A stretch of DNA of 62,390 nt, the filler included. It is 10 parts of 10 records of this genome, joined end to end, with 100 filler letters (N's around TTAATTAATTAA, not from the genome) between each part and the next. Parts side by side here need not be neighbours in the genome. Positions count along the whole stretch, not along the records: positions 24,988 to 32,100 come from SRR9670534_1150; positions 32,201 to 36,624 come from SRR9670534_1153; 8 more parts are not named here. One strand, given 5' to 3'. The notes under the pieces were generated by a model. That model searched no databases. It worked only from the letters and a program-made list of their open reading frames with translations, and was not told the DNA's origin. Numbering within the stretch: position 1 is the first letter of the stretch; each line of letters starts with the position of its first letter. Below, one piece after another: positions 25,568-35,124 of this stretch. The position numbers were made by a program, and so were the translations under genes.

Positions 25568-27145
25568 ATGTTGTATGAATTGTTTAAAGAAGAGCTTTAT
25601 AAACTCATTCCTAATCCTTTTAAAGAAAATTTGAAGGAAGAAGACATTGAGCTTTACAAGCCTTTAATGAAATTTGGAGATTTTGCCAGTCCCTTAGCCA
25701 TGACATTGGCACAGACTCACAAAAAGAAGCCATTAGAAATAGCAGATATCCTCGTTTCTTCTTTTGAGAAATCCCCCTTTTTTGATAAAATTAGCGTTGT
25801 TAAGCCAGGATTTATCAACTTTGTCATGAGTGTTAATTTTTACAATCAAATGCTTTTTAAAATAAGAAAAAGAGATAAGGGAAAAAATATTGGGAAAAAG
25901 AAAAGGATTCAAATAGAATTTATCAGTGCAAATCCCACAGGTCCTTTACATATAGGACATGGGCGTTGGGCAGTGATGGGATATATTTTATCCAATGTTC
26001 TTTCTTATTTTTCTTATGAGGTACAAAAGGAATTTTATATCAATGATTATGGCAATCAAATAGCACAATTTCGTGCAAGCGTAAAAGCTTTAAGGGAAAA
26101 TAAAGAATTAGAAGACAAAGCTTATCAAGGGGAGTACATGAATGTCTTTTTAACAGAAGACATTAAAGATCCTGTGGAATATTTTATTAATGAGCATAAA
26201 AAGACCATAAAGAGATTGGGATTTGAAATGGATTCTTTCTTTAAGGAGAGTAGCCTTTATGAAAAAGGAGATAAAGTTGCCAATCTCATGGAAGAGCTTC
26301 GCAAAAAAGGCTATATTTATGATGCTGATGGAGCAACTTTTTTAAAAAGCACCTTATTAGGCGATGATAAAGATAGGGTTATCGTTAAGAGTAATGGAGA
26401 AAAAACGTACTTTTACTCTGACATTGGCTATCATTATGACAAGATAAAAAGAGGATTTGAAAAGCTTTACAACATCCTTGGTGCCGATCACCACGGCTAT
26501 GTCAATCGCATTGTCCCCGTCGTCACCTTACTCTCAAAAGGAAAAATTAAATACGAAATATTACTGGGCCAATTAGTATCTCTTTATAGGGGAAAAAAGC
26601 TTTTGTCCATGTCCAAAAGAAGTGGAGATTTCGTTAGTCTTGAGCAACTTATTGATAACGTGGGAAAAGATGCAGTCTTATATTTTATGTCAATGTTCTC
26701 CATAAATACTCCCATTAATTTCGACCTCGATCTTGTGACAAAAAAATCCAATGACAATCCTCTATTTTACGTTCAATACGCCCACGCACGTTTAAGTTCT
26801 GTAATGAGAAAAAGAGAAGAAGATTCGTTTTTTTCTGAAGATTTTAAAGAAAAGGATTTTTGCTTTTCTCACATTGACAATGAGATTAGCAGAGATATTG
26901 CGAGGAATTTATTAGTATACGAAGACCTTTTACACAAGGTATTAACGACAAAAGAAAGCCATCATATTCACAGTTATTTAGCAAAACTTGCATCTTTACT
27001 TCATAAATATTATGAAAAAGAGATCTTTCTTGATAAAAATGCAAAAAAGAAGAGCGAGAATATTCTGTATTTTTTGGAAATTTGCCTTTTAGTTTTACAG
27101 AGGCTTTTCCATATTTTAGGGGTGGAGGCTCCGAAAAAAATGTAA
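25568..27145 (+). CDS. argS: Arginine--tRNA ligase
   Basis: EFISANPTGPLHIGHGR, GADHHGY, MSKRSG, YVQYAHAR and a C-terminal APKKM. Confidence 0.97.
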   Translation: MLYELFKEELYKLIPNPFKENLKEEDIELYKPLMKFGDFASPLAMTLAQTHKKKPLEIADILVSSFEKSPFFDKISVVKPGFINFVMSVNFYNQMLFKIRKRDKGKNIGKKKRIQIEFISANPTGPLHIGHGRWAVMGYILSNVLSYFSYEVQKEFYINDYGNQIAQFRASVKALRENKELEDKAYQGEYMNVFLTEDIKDPVEYFINEHKKTIKRLGFEMDSFFKESSLYEKGDKVANLMEELRKKGYIYDADGATFLKSTLLGDDKDRVIVKSNGEKTYFYSDIGYHYDKIKRGFEKLYNILGADHHGYVNRIVPVVTLLSKGKIKYEILLGQLVSLYRGKKLLSMSKRSGDFVSLEQLIDNVGKDAVLYFMSMFSINTPINFDLDLVTKKSNDNPLFYVQYAHARLSSVMRKREEDSFFSEDFKEKDFCFSHIDNEISRDIARNLLVYEDLLHKVLTTKESHHIHSYLAKLASLLHKYYEKEIFLDKNAKKKSENILYFLEICLLVLQRLFHILGVEAPKKM

Positions 27146-27148
27146 ATT

Positions 27149-28207
27149 ATGAAAAACAAAGAATTAGAACAAAAAAAGAAAAATCTAGAAAATACGATTA
27201 AGAGTCTTGAAAGAGGCTATGGAAAAGGTGTTGTTCTTCGCATGGGAGATAAGCCATTAGAAGACGTTGATGTGATTCCCAGTGGTTCTTTACTCATTGA
27301 TGAAGCTTTGGGAATCGGAGGTTATCCTAAAGGTCGCGTAGTGGAGATTTACGGACCTGAATCCTCTGGAAAGACGACATTGGCCCTTCATGCCATTGCA
27401 GAGGCGCAAAAAGACGGAGGACTTTGTGCTTTTATTGATGCAGAGCATGCCCTTGACCCTGTTTATGCCAAAGCCCTTGGCGTGGATATGGAAAATCTCT
27501 ACGTTGCTCAACCAGAAAATGGAGAACAAGCTTTAGAAATTGCTGATGAACTTATAGGAAGTCATTCTATTTCCCTTATTGTCATAGATTCTGTTGCGGC
27601 TCTTGTCCCAAAAGCAGAAATTGAAGGGAATATGGGAGACCCCACCATGGCGATGCAAGCCCGATTAATGAGTCAGGCGCTAAGGAAACTCTCAGGAAGT
27701 CTTTCTAAGACCAACACATGCCTGATATTTATCAACCAACTAAGAATGAAAGTTGGCGTCTTCTTTGGTAATCCTGAAACAACGACAGGAGGAAATGCCT
27801 TAAAATTTTATGCTTCTGTTCGTGTGGATGTCAGAAGAGCAGAACAATTGAAGAAGGGAGAGCATATTGTGGGAAATCGCACGAAAGTGAAAATTGTCAA
27901 GAATAAAATGGCTCCTCCTTTTCGCCTATGCATTTTTGATATTATTTATGGAGAAGGCATATCAAAAGAGGGAGAATTGATTACTTTAGGTTTAAAAAGT
28001 GGAATTATCCAACAAGCAGGTTCGTGGTATTCTTATAAAGACGAGCGCTTAGGACAGGGATTGGAAAATCTTCGGAAATTCTTTCGCGAACATCCTGAGG
28101 TTTATCAAGAGATATATAAAGAAATCCTCCTTGTTCTTAGCACAAATATTCCTTTTTTTCAAAAACGCTTAGAAAAATTAAATGCAAAAGAAAAGCAAAA
28201 AGCCTAA
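27149..28207 (+). CDS. recA: Recombinase RecA
   Basis: [27 protein letters not shown] and [12 protein letters not shown]. Confidence 0.99.
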   Translation: MKNKELEQKKKNLENTIKSLERGYGKGVVLRMGDKPLEDVDVIPSGSLLIDEALGIGGYPKGRVVEIYGPESSGKTTLALHAIAEAQKDGGLCAFIDAEHALDPVYAKALGVDMENLYVAQPENGEQALEIADELIGSHSISLIVIDSVAALVPKAEIEGNMGDPTMAMQARLMSQALRKLSGSLSKTNTCLIFINQLRMKVGVFFGNPETTTGGNALKFYASVRVDVRRAEQLKKGEHIVGNRTKVKIVKNKMAPPFRLCIFDIIYGEGISKEGELITLGLKSGIIQQAGSWYSYKDERLGQGLENLRKFFREHPEVYQEIYKEILLVLSTNIPFFQKRLEKLNAKEKQKA

Positions 28208-28240
28208 GAAAAAAGGCCTAAGAAAGGCTCGTTTTAATTA
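28201..28240. terminator. Possible weak terminator between convergent recA and ppnN-like genes
   Basis: Short AGCCT...AGGCT stem with a gcctaagaaa direct repeat in a 30-nt gap. Confidence 0.25.
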
Positions 28241-29362
28241 AATTTCTTCAAGGGTGTAAAAATTCTTATAAGAAACCTTTAATCTACTGTTTTTATCAAG
28301 AGTATCCATTAATTCTCGAATCAGGACAAGGGGATATTTTTCTCCACGCAAAATAACCCTTTCTAATTTTTCACCACTTTGGGATTCTTGAATCAAATAA
28401 TTATTAATAATTCCTTTAGAAAAGGCCTTCATGAGAAGAAAGAAATCTCGTTTTTTCATCCCCCTATGCAAATAATGCTTTTTCAATGCGCCTTGCCAAG
28501 AACGCAAAGGAGGAGGAAATTGAATACTTTCATCCCAAGCAATTTTCGTTTTAAGAAAAAGATGCTTTTTAAAATAATTTATCACTTCATCAAGAAAAGC
28601 CTTTTGGCTCTTGCCATTATAAGAGATAAAATGAAAAAGGGAATCCTTATCTTTTGGAGAAAAACCCAATACTTCTCGCATTAAAGGCCATAAATGAGAG
28701 AAAAATGGATTGCTGGCAAATTCAAAAAGAATAAGGGGATAAGAGCTATGATTATTGCCCAATGTCATCCATAAGAAAGTAAAAAATTCTTCCAAAGTGC
28801 CAATGCCCCCAGGGCCAATTATGCCTCCTTGAGCCATGCGAATAAAAGCTTCCATTCGATATTCCATGCTATCAAAGACAAAGAAATTTTTGACAAAAGG
28901 ATTAGTTTTTTCAAAGAGCAAAACGCGTTTTTCACTAAGGCCAATGCCTTCATACGAGCCTAATTTATTATTTTTCTTGTGATAAAAATAAGCGGCTTTA
29001 AAAGGCGCTTCCATGGCCCCTCCGCCTGCTCCTGTAATAAGAGTATAAGATTCTTCGGCAAGTCTATGGCCTAAATTATAATAAAGATCGTATTCGCCAG
29101 ATGAAAGCCGATGACCTCCTTGAATAAAAATGCGATAATAAGGAAGTTCTTTACTTAAGGCATAAAGAATTAAATCTTTAGGATTCTTCTTTAAATAACG
29201 CAAACTCATGCTAAAAGTTGTCATTCTTCTTTTTTCAAAAAAAGATAAATCTGCCATCACATCTTCTTCTAAGTTGAGATTTTTGTAAAACTCTGGAGAA
29301 AAGCTCAGAGCATCTGTCATTTTATCCAAAAATACTCCTGTTTTATAATCTTTAGCATCCAC
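28238..29362 (-). CDS. ppnN: LOG-family nucleotide 5'-monophosphate nucleosidase, PpnN/YgdH-like
   Basis: GGH..S..EY, TGAGGGAMEAP, RMEAFIR and GPGGIGTLEE (PGGxGTxEE motif). GTG start with a GGAGG Shine-Dalgarno. Confidence 0.75.
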   Translation of the reverse strand: MDAKDYKTGVFLDKMTDALSFSPEFYKNLNLEEDVMADLSFFEKRRMTTFSMSLRYLKKNPKDLILYALSKELPYYRIFIQGGHRLSSGEYDLYYNLGHRLAEESYTLITGAGGGAMEAPFKAAYFYHKKNNKLGSYEGIGLSEKRVLLFEKTNPFVKNFFVFDSMEYRMEAFIRMAQGGIIGPGGIGTLEEFFTFLWMTLGNNHSSYPLILFEFASNPFFSHLWPLMREVLGFSPKDKDSLFHFISYNGKSQKAFLDEVINYFKKHLFLKTKIAWDESIQFPPPLRSWQGALKKHYLHRGMKKRDFFLLMKAFSKGIINNYLIQESQSGEKLERVILRGEKYPLVLIRELMDTLDKNSRLKVSYKNFYTLEEI

Positions 29363-29375
29363 CTAATCACCTCCA

Positions 29376-29777
29376 TTAAGAGCGACGCACTTTCCACACC
29401 CAAATTGCACTTAAAAGATAATTCCAAAGAGCCCCTGCACTAATACCAAAAAATGTCGCAAGATACCAAGGAAAAGCCAAATAAGGCAGATAGAACAAAA
29501 GTGTAGAGACAAGAAAATTAATGATTGCTCCACCTAAAGATACGGCAAAAAATTGTATCATACGGGTAAAAAAAAGATTTGGGGATTTTTCTTTTGGATC
29601 TGTGGGAAAAGTGAGTATGGAATTTCCAATGTAATTAAAAAACATAGCGATAAGTGTCGCAATCCCATGGGCAATGTAATATTCAAGCAAAAGAATAGAG
29701 AAAAAGAAAGCTAAAAAAGCATAATGAATGAAAAGGCCAGAAGCACCAACAAAAAAGAAAGAAAAAAAACTTCTTAT
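29376..29777 (-). CDS. GtrA family membrane protein
   Basis: FFSFFFVGASG...NYIGNSILTF...IQFFAVSLGG...WNYLLSAIWVW. The frame stays open upstream of the TTG at 29690, so the true start is uncertain. Confidence 0.85.
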   Translation of the reverse strand: MRSFFSFFFVGASGLFIHYAFLAFFFSILLLEYYIAHGIATLIAMFFNYIGNSILTFPTDPKEKSPNLFFTRMIQFFAVSLGGAIINFLVSTLLFYLPYLAFPWYLATFFGISAGALWNYLLSAIWVWKVRRS

Positions 29778-31228
29778 ATTGAGGTTTTTGTAAGTTTTAT
29801 TGATGCAAGGCCTCCTTCTGAAGTTTCTTTATATGCGTCTTTAATATCCCTTCCAGTTTCTTTAAGAATACGAATAATATCATCAAGAGCAAAAAGTTCA
29901 TCTACTCCATCAATATCAAGGGAAAGATAACTCGATTTAATCGCCTTTAACGAAGCTAAAGCATTCCGTTCAATGCAAGGAACCTGAACAAGGCCGCCAA
30001 CAGGGTCACAAGTCATTCCAAGATGCTGCTTTATGGCAATTCCTGCAGATTCTAGTATTGCTTTCAAATTTCCACCCAAAACGTAAGTTAAGCCTGCAGC
30101 TGCCATTGCAGCAGCAGCACCCATTTCTGCCTGACATCCCCCTTCTGCTCCAGAAATACTGCCATTTCTTTTAATAAGAGTGCCAATTAATCCTGCAACA
30201 TAGAAAAATTCATAGACTACTTTTTTCCTCTTCGCCTCTGTTTTAATTTCTCTTCCCTCTTCACTAAGGTATAAAAAATACATCAGTACTGCAGGAACAA
30301 CTCCAGCTGCGCCATTAGTAGGACTCGTTACCATGCGAGCAAAGGAAGCATTTTCTTCTCCTACTGATATGGCAAAAGCAGATATCCATTGATTTATTCT
30401 TCGAAAAGAGAGTTTTTCCTTAAAAAGAATTTTCCTTAAATCCTCAAAATTTTCCAGCTTTACAGAACGACCACATATCTTTAATAGATAATTTCGAGCC
30501 TTTCGAGGAACATTATAATCTCCTGGTAAAAAGCCGCTTTTCAAAAATCCTCCAAGGATACATGACTGTATTACCTTCCGCACTTTATTCCATTTTTCTT
30601 CTTGCTCCTTCATGCTCCTGTCAACTTTCTCATTGGCTTTTATGAGATCAACAAGATTTAAAGAAGGATGCTTTTCAAGATGCATTTCCAAATCTTTTGC
30701 AAAATAAATAGGATAAGGATATTCTTTGCTCCCCTCTTCCTCCTTCGTTTGTTCCAATTGTCCCTCTTCTTTAATAAATCCTCCGCCAATAGAATAATAT
30801 TCTTTTCGTAAAATAACCTCACCCTTAAAGTCAAAAGCGATAATTAATAATGTATTAGGATGAGGAAGATTGAACCTTTCAAAATCAAAGTGCACATTTT
30901 CTTCAAGGGAATATTCAATTTCCTTGCCATAAATTGTAATACGCTTATTTTTTTTAATATCCGCAACAGCTTCAGAAAATTCTTCTGTCGTCATATCTGC
31001 TGGAGAAACTCCACTTAATCCAACGCTCACACCCAAATTCGTTCCATGACCTATTCCCGTCTTAGCCAACGAGCCATAGAGATAAATATCAATTTTCCTA
31101 AGATCTTTTAAGGATTTCTTATCTAAAATTTCCTTCGTAAAAGCATTAGCAGCACGCCATACTCCCTGAGTGTGGGAGCTTGAGGGCCCTATTCCCACTT
31201 TAAACATATCAAAAACACTTATATACAT
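29774..31228 (-). CDS. sdaA: L-serine ammonia-lyase, Fe-S dependent, single-chain type
   Basis: [38 protein letters not shown] and [16 protein letters not shown]. Confidence 0.97.
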   Translation of the reverse strand: MYISVFDMFKVGIGPSSSHTQGVWRAANAFTKEILDKKSLKDLRKIDIYLYGSLAKTGIGHGTNLGVSVGLSGVSPADMTTEEFSEAVADIKKNKRITIYGKEIEYSLEENVHFDFERFNLPHPNTLLIIAFDFKGEVILRKEYYSIGGGFIKEEGQLEQTKEEEGSKEYPYPIYFAKDLEMHLEKHPSLNLVDLIKANEKVDRSMKEQEEKWNKVRKVIQSCILGGFLKSGFLPGDYNVPRKARNYLLKICGRSVKLENFEDLRKILFKEKLSFRRINQWISAFAISVGEENASFARMVTSPTNGAAGVVPAVLMYFLYLSEEGREIKTEAKRKKVVYEFFYVAGLIGTLIKRNGSISGAEGGCQAEMGAAAAMAAAGLTYVLGGNLKAILESAGIAIKQHLGMTCDPVGGLVQVPCIERNALASLKAIKSSYLSLDIDGVDELFALDDIIRILKETGRDIKDAYKETSEGGLASIKLTKTSI

Positions 31229-31281
31229 AATATGAATTTTAACTTATTCTTTAAAAACTTGCCCTAAAATTTTAAATAAAT

Positions 31282-32100
31282 TTATAATTTTAGCACTTTG
31301 CGATGTTCTTTTAAAATTTCTTCTTGAAGCTCTTTAATGGAAAAATTTTCATAAATAATTTCTTTTTTTAAAGGAAGAGGAATAAGTTTTTCTATCTTAT
31401 CAAAAAGGATAATATTTTTATTTGCTTCTATTTCTTTTATCCTAGAAACAGGGGTAAAATGAGGAGATGTTCGAAGGATTTCCGGATTTTTATGAAGAAG
31501 TTCCACCATGGCAACAAGTGCCTTAGCAAAACGATTAATCTCTTTAAGGCTATAAGATTCTGTTATTTCAATCATAATTCCCTCTGGGATGGGAAAGGCT
31601 ACCGTAGGCGTATGATAACCAAAATCCAAAAATAATTTACCAAAGCGAACTATCGCCTTTTTCCTATCAAGACCAATACTTTTTTCAATCTTCTCAAACA
31701 AATCATCCTTTAATGTAATGATGAATTCATGCATGCGCAAAACAGAATAATCTGCTGGAAGAAAACGATAATGCTCTTTTAATAAAGAAGCAAGATAAAT
31801 TGACGATAAAACCGCTGTATAACTCATTTTTCTCAGACCATCTGAACCTAAGTGAAGAAGATAAGCTAAAGCTCGAATTTTATGGGCGAAATTCCCATTA
31901 TCTCGATGAACTGAGCCAATGGATTTGGGCATTATTTTCTTATAATATCTATTATTCTCATCTTTTTTCACCACAAAAGCAGGAATATAAGGACGCAATT
32001 CCTTTGTCACAGCGACTATCGCATCTCCAGGCCCTCCTCCTCCATGGGAAATCGACCACGTCTTATGTAAATTATTATGCACAGCGTCAACCCCGAGCTT
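31282..32100 (-). CDS. gcvPB: Glycine dehydrogenase (P protein or subunit 2), C-terminal fragment
   Basis: PLP-lysine motif NLHKTWSISHGGGGPG, plus MHEF, DFGYHTPT, MIEITES and PHFTPV. Confidence 0.9.
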   Translation of the reverse strand, partial: KLGVDAVHNNLHKTWSISHGGGGPGDAIVAVTKELRPYIPAFVVKKDENNRYYKKIMPKSIGSVHRDNGNFAHKIRALAYLLHLGSDGLRKMSYTAVLSSIYLASLLKEHYRFLPADYSVLRMHEFIITLKDDLFEKIEKSIGLDRKKAIVRFGKLFLDFGYHTPTVAFPIPEGIMIEITESYSLKEINRFAKALVAMVELLHKNPEILRTSPHFTPVSRIKEIEANKNIILFDKIEKLIPLPLKKEIIYENFSIKELQEEILKEHRKVLKL

Positions 32101-32276
32101 NNNNNNNNNNNNNNNNNNNNNNNNNNNNNNNNNNNNNNNNNNNNTTAATTAATTAANNNNNNNNNNNNNNNNNNNNNNNNNNNNNNNNNNNNNNNNNNNN
32201 AAATTTCGACATGTTGTTGTTTAATAAATTTTAAATTAAAAGATTAAAATTTAATTTAAATTATTTAAAATTTTTA

Positions 32277-33120
32277 CCTTTCTATAATCCCTCTTAAAAT
32301 TTCATCACTAGGAATAACGTAAGTTTCTTTCATCCTGTTGAAAAGTGCCAGGTCAATTTGAAATTCTTCTTCACTTTCCTGAAAAGGAAATTCCACAGTA
32401 ACAATCATGACATCTTTTTGTATAATTAGATGCACGTTCGTTTTGTCATCTATGGTCCTACTAACCTCATTACTTTCCCATTCATCATCAGCATCATGAC
32501 GTAATGTTGTCAATTCAATTCTCTCTGATTGCTTCAAAATATATTTAATGTGTATTAAAATTTCCTTGAAATTTTAAATTTTCAAGTACCTGATTAGAAT
32601 GAGCAGATGAAGCTCTTTGTTGCTGCTGCTGCTGCGCGGCTGAAGCAGGCTAAAAAGCAGAGATGAGTCATCGACTAGCGGTAGTCGTATATAGCCAAGC
32701 AATATAACATATAGTAAATATATGCTGGCTAAACACGATCGCCAGCATGCATCGGCGATGAGTCATCGCTTGCCTTCCTCAATGAGGCAAGGAACGTTGG
32801 CAGCCGTGTTTAGCCAAGTTGACGTTGGCTAAATACGCTTGCCATAAACTTTTTACCCTTTGTTGCTGGGCTTGTGGTTGTTGTTGTTGTCTTCTGTGAT
32901 ATTGTTCAGCATAATACTTTGAACGAGGATCTTCCCACGATGTCTGTCTTGTTTGATGGTTAACGTAGAAACTATAAAATACCATTTAAAAATGTAATAA
33001 ATTGAACAATTGAGGATTTTACTATCGTCGATGTTCTTGGGAATATTTAGCTTCCCAATTTGGTGGCAACGGTTGTTTTTGAACCCAAGCATACCAGTCT
33101 CGTTGCTGTTGAGTTGCCAT
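32277..33120 (-). CDS. WW-domain protein, first four exons (partial)
   Basis: Spliced product PLPPNWEAKYSQEHRRYFYVNHQTRQTSWEDPR followed by a Q-rich linker; canonical GT-AG introns. Confidence 0.8.
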
Positions 33121-33447
33121 GTTTCTATCAACAAATATATATGTAAACAAATTGTAAACAAATATTCTCCAAACTAAAAACCTAGACCTTGAAATCTTAA
33201 TTTTAAAATTTAATATAAATTTGCACATAAAATGAAATTTTTGAAAATTTTTAAAATGTTAAATTTTTTAATGTTTTAAATTAAAATTTTAAATTTTGAT
33301 CAGTATTGCAATATATTTAATTGCAAAAACCTAATTAATCCTAATAGATTAACACTTTTTCAAAAACGCTGTTACAAAAAATCGTAAAAAAGCAATTACA
33401 AAACACACATGACGTAAAGATTGAAGTTAATTTTTAAAATTTACCAA

Positions 33448-33864
33448 ATGCAACATGCTATCGATGTCATCAAAGTAACAAATCCATCAATATTTATACA
33501 GTACTTGCTAATTAGTCTGGTATTGCTGTTAATTTGTGTAATTTCGATAATTAATTGCGGAGATGGTAAGGAAAGTGCAGAAACTCCAGATGAAAGTCCA
33601 GAGCAGCACCAAAGGCACAGGAGGAAACGAAGAAGCCCCAGAGAAAGACCAAGGGCGCATCATCAGCCTACACCCCCGCCTCCACCTCCGCCTCCGCCGA
33701 CGCAACCGCAAGTTGTCAATGAAAAAGCCAGCGCCACGCCTGTAAGGATTTTACCAACAAGAATGAATTCAAAGGTGAAAATACAAAGTGAAGTTAGTGT
33801 CATTGAAATTACACCTGAGGAACGAAAGAAAAAACATCACAGGAGTCATAAGAGTCGAGATTAA
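33448..33864 (+). CDS. Small single-pass membrane protein, Pro/basic-rich, paralog 1
   Basis: Hydrophobic LVLLLICVISIINCG segment and C-terminal PTRMNSKVKIQSEVSVIEITP, both shared with 34377-35075. Confidence 0.75.
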   Translation: MQHAIDVIKVTNPSIFIQYLLISLVLLLICVISIINCGDGKESAETPDESPEQHQRHRRKRRSPRERPRAHHQPTPPPPPPPPPTQPQVVNEKASATPVRILPTRMNSKVKIQSEVSVIEITPEERKKKHHRSHKSRD

Positions 33865-34376
33865 AATGAATAACTTAAGCAAAAAAACAAATTTTAAAAA
33901 TACACACAATAAATAAAAGATTGTCAATTTGTTTTTGATTTGGTATAGTTTTTATTTGGTATAATTAATTACTTATTGCAAGATTTGAAATTTAATACAA
34001 ACATACTGTATGTATTACATTTATTTTGATTTTAAATTATGCTGAAAAATAAGACAGATTTTTTAACTTTATTTTAAAATTATGTTAGCTCGTGAATTTA
34101 AGGAAAATTCAATTTGACCTATTTTAATAGACATTCATTTTTAATTTTAAAAAATTTAAATTTAATTTTATTAAATACACTGTACTTAATAAGCTACAAT
34201 AAATTCAAAATTATTTAAATATCGCTTAAAATACAATTTTTGTTTGATTTTAATTTTAATCCAAAACAATACATTTTATGAAAAATTGCGTTTGAATTTT
34301 AAAAATCAAAAACGCTATAATTACAATTAACAACAAAATATTCTTGGAATTGTATTTTTATTATAACATAACCAAA

Positions 34377-35075
34377 ATGCATCAAAACTTTCCAGATGTT
34401 CTCAACGTTGTAAATCTAACATTTCAATACTATTTGGGAGTTGGTCTTTGCTCAATACTTGTACTGCTAATTTGTGTTATATCAATACTAAATTGTGGAG
34501 GAAAAGTGGAGGAAAGTGATCCAAATCGAGAAGACGAAAACATAGACTTGTATGCAAATCAACGTAGGCATAAGAGAAAGTTAAGAAGTACAAAAAAAAA
34601 GAACAAAAGTCGCGCCCCAGCCACGCAAACAAGGAAGCAACCTGCACCCCCGCCACCACAACCTTATCCACCCCCACCAGAACCTCAAGGTCCCCCACAG
34701 ATGGCGCCACAACGAAGAGAATCACCAAAATACAACATGGGGTATTCAAATCAATATCCACCCCCACAATCACAGGGACCTCCACCACAACCCCCGCCAC
34801 AACAACAGATCTCGTCAGGGGATCCACAAATTGCGTTCCAAGAACAGCAACAATCACCGCGTGCTAGGTATGGAGTAGCATTTGAAAATAGTCCCCAGGC
34901 CGGAGGGTCACAATCAGCAGACAGGTATGATGCTTATGAGAACACCAAAACACCTCCGCACAGAAGAGTGGTACCAACAAGGATGAATTCCAAAGTCAAA
35001 ATACAACAACAAGTCAGTGTCATTGAAATAACCCCCCAAGGACGGAAGAAAAAAGTTCCCCAAACGTATGGTTAA
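34377..35075 (+). CDS. Small single-pass membrane protein, Pro/Gln-rich, paralog 2
   Basis: LVLLICVISILNCG and PTRMNSKVKIQQQVSVIEITP; AATAAA follows at about 35104. Confidence 0.78.
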   Translation: MHQNFPDVLNVVNLTFQYYLGVGLCSILVLLICVISILNCGGKVEESDPNREDENIDLYANQRRHKRKLRSTKKKNKSRAPATQTRKQPAPPPPQPYPPPPEPQGPPQMAPQRRESPKYNMGYSNQYPPPQSQGPPPQPPPQQQISSGDPQIAFQEQQQSPRARYGVAFENSPQAGGSQSADRYDAYENTKTPPHRRVVPTRMNSKVKIQQQVSVIEITPQGRKKKVPQTYG

Positions 35076-35124
35076 AAAGTTAAGATCTAATACACACAAA
35101 ACCAATAAACTCTTTATTAAATAC

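Noticed and set aside
24888-32200. Horizontal transfer of bacterial genes into the animal genome
   Set aside because: The bacterial block is bounded by artificial linkers and has no physical junction with host DNA.
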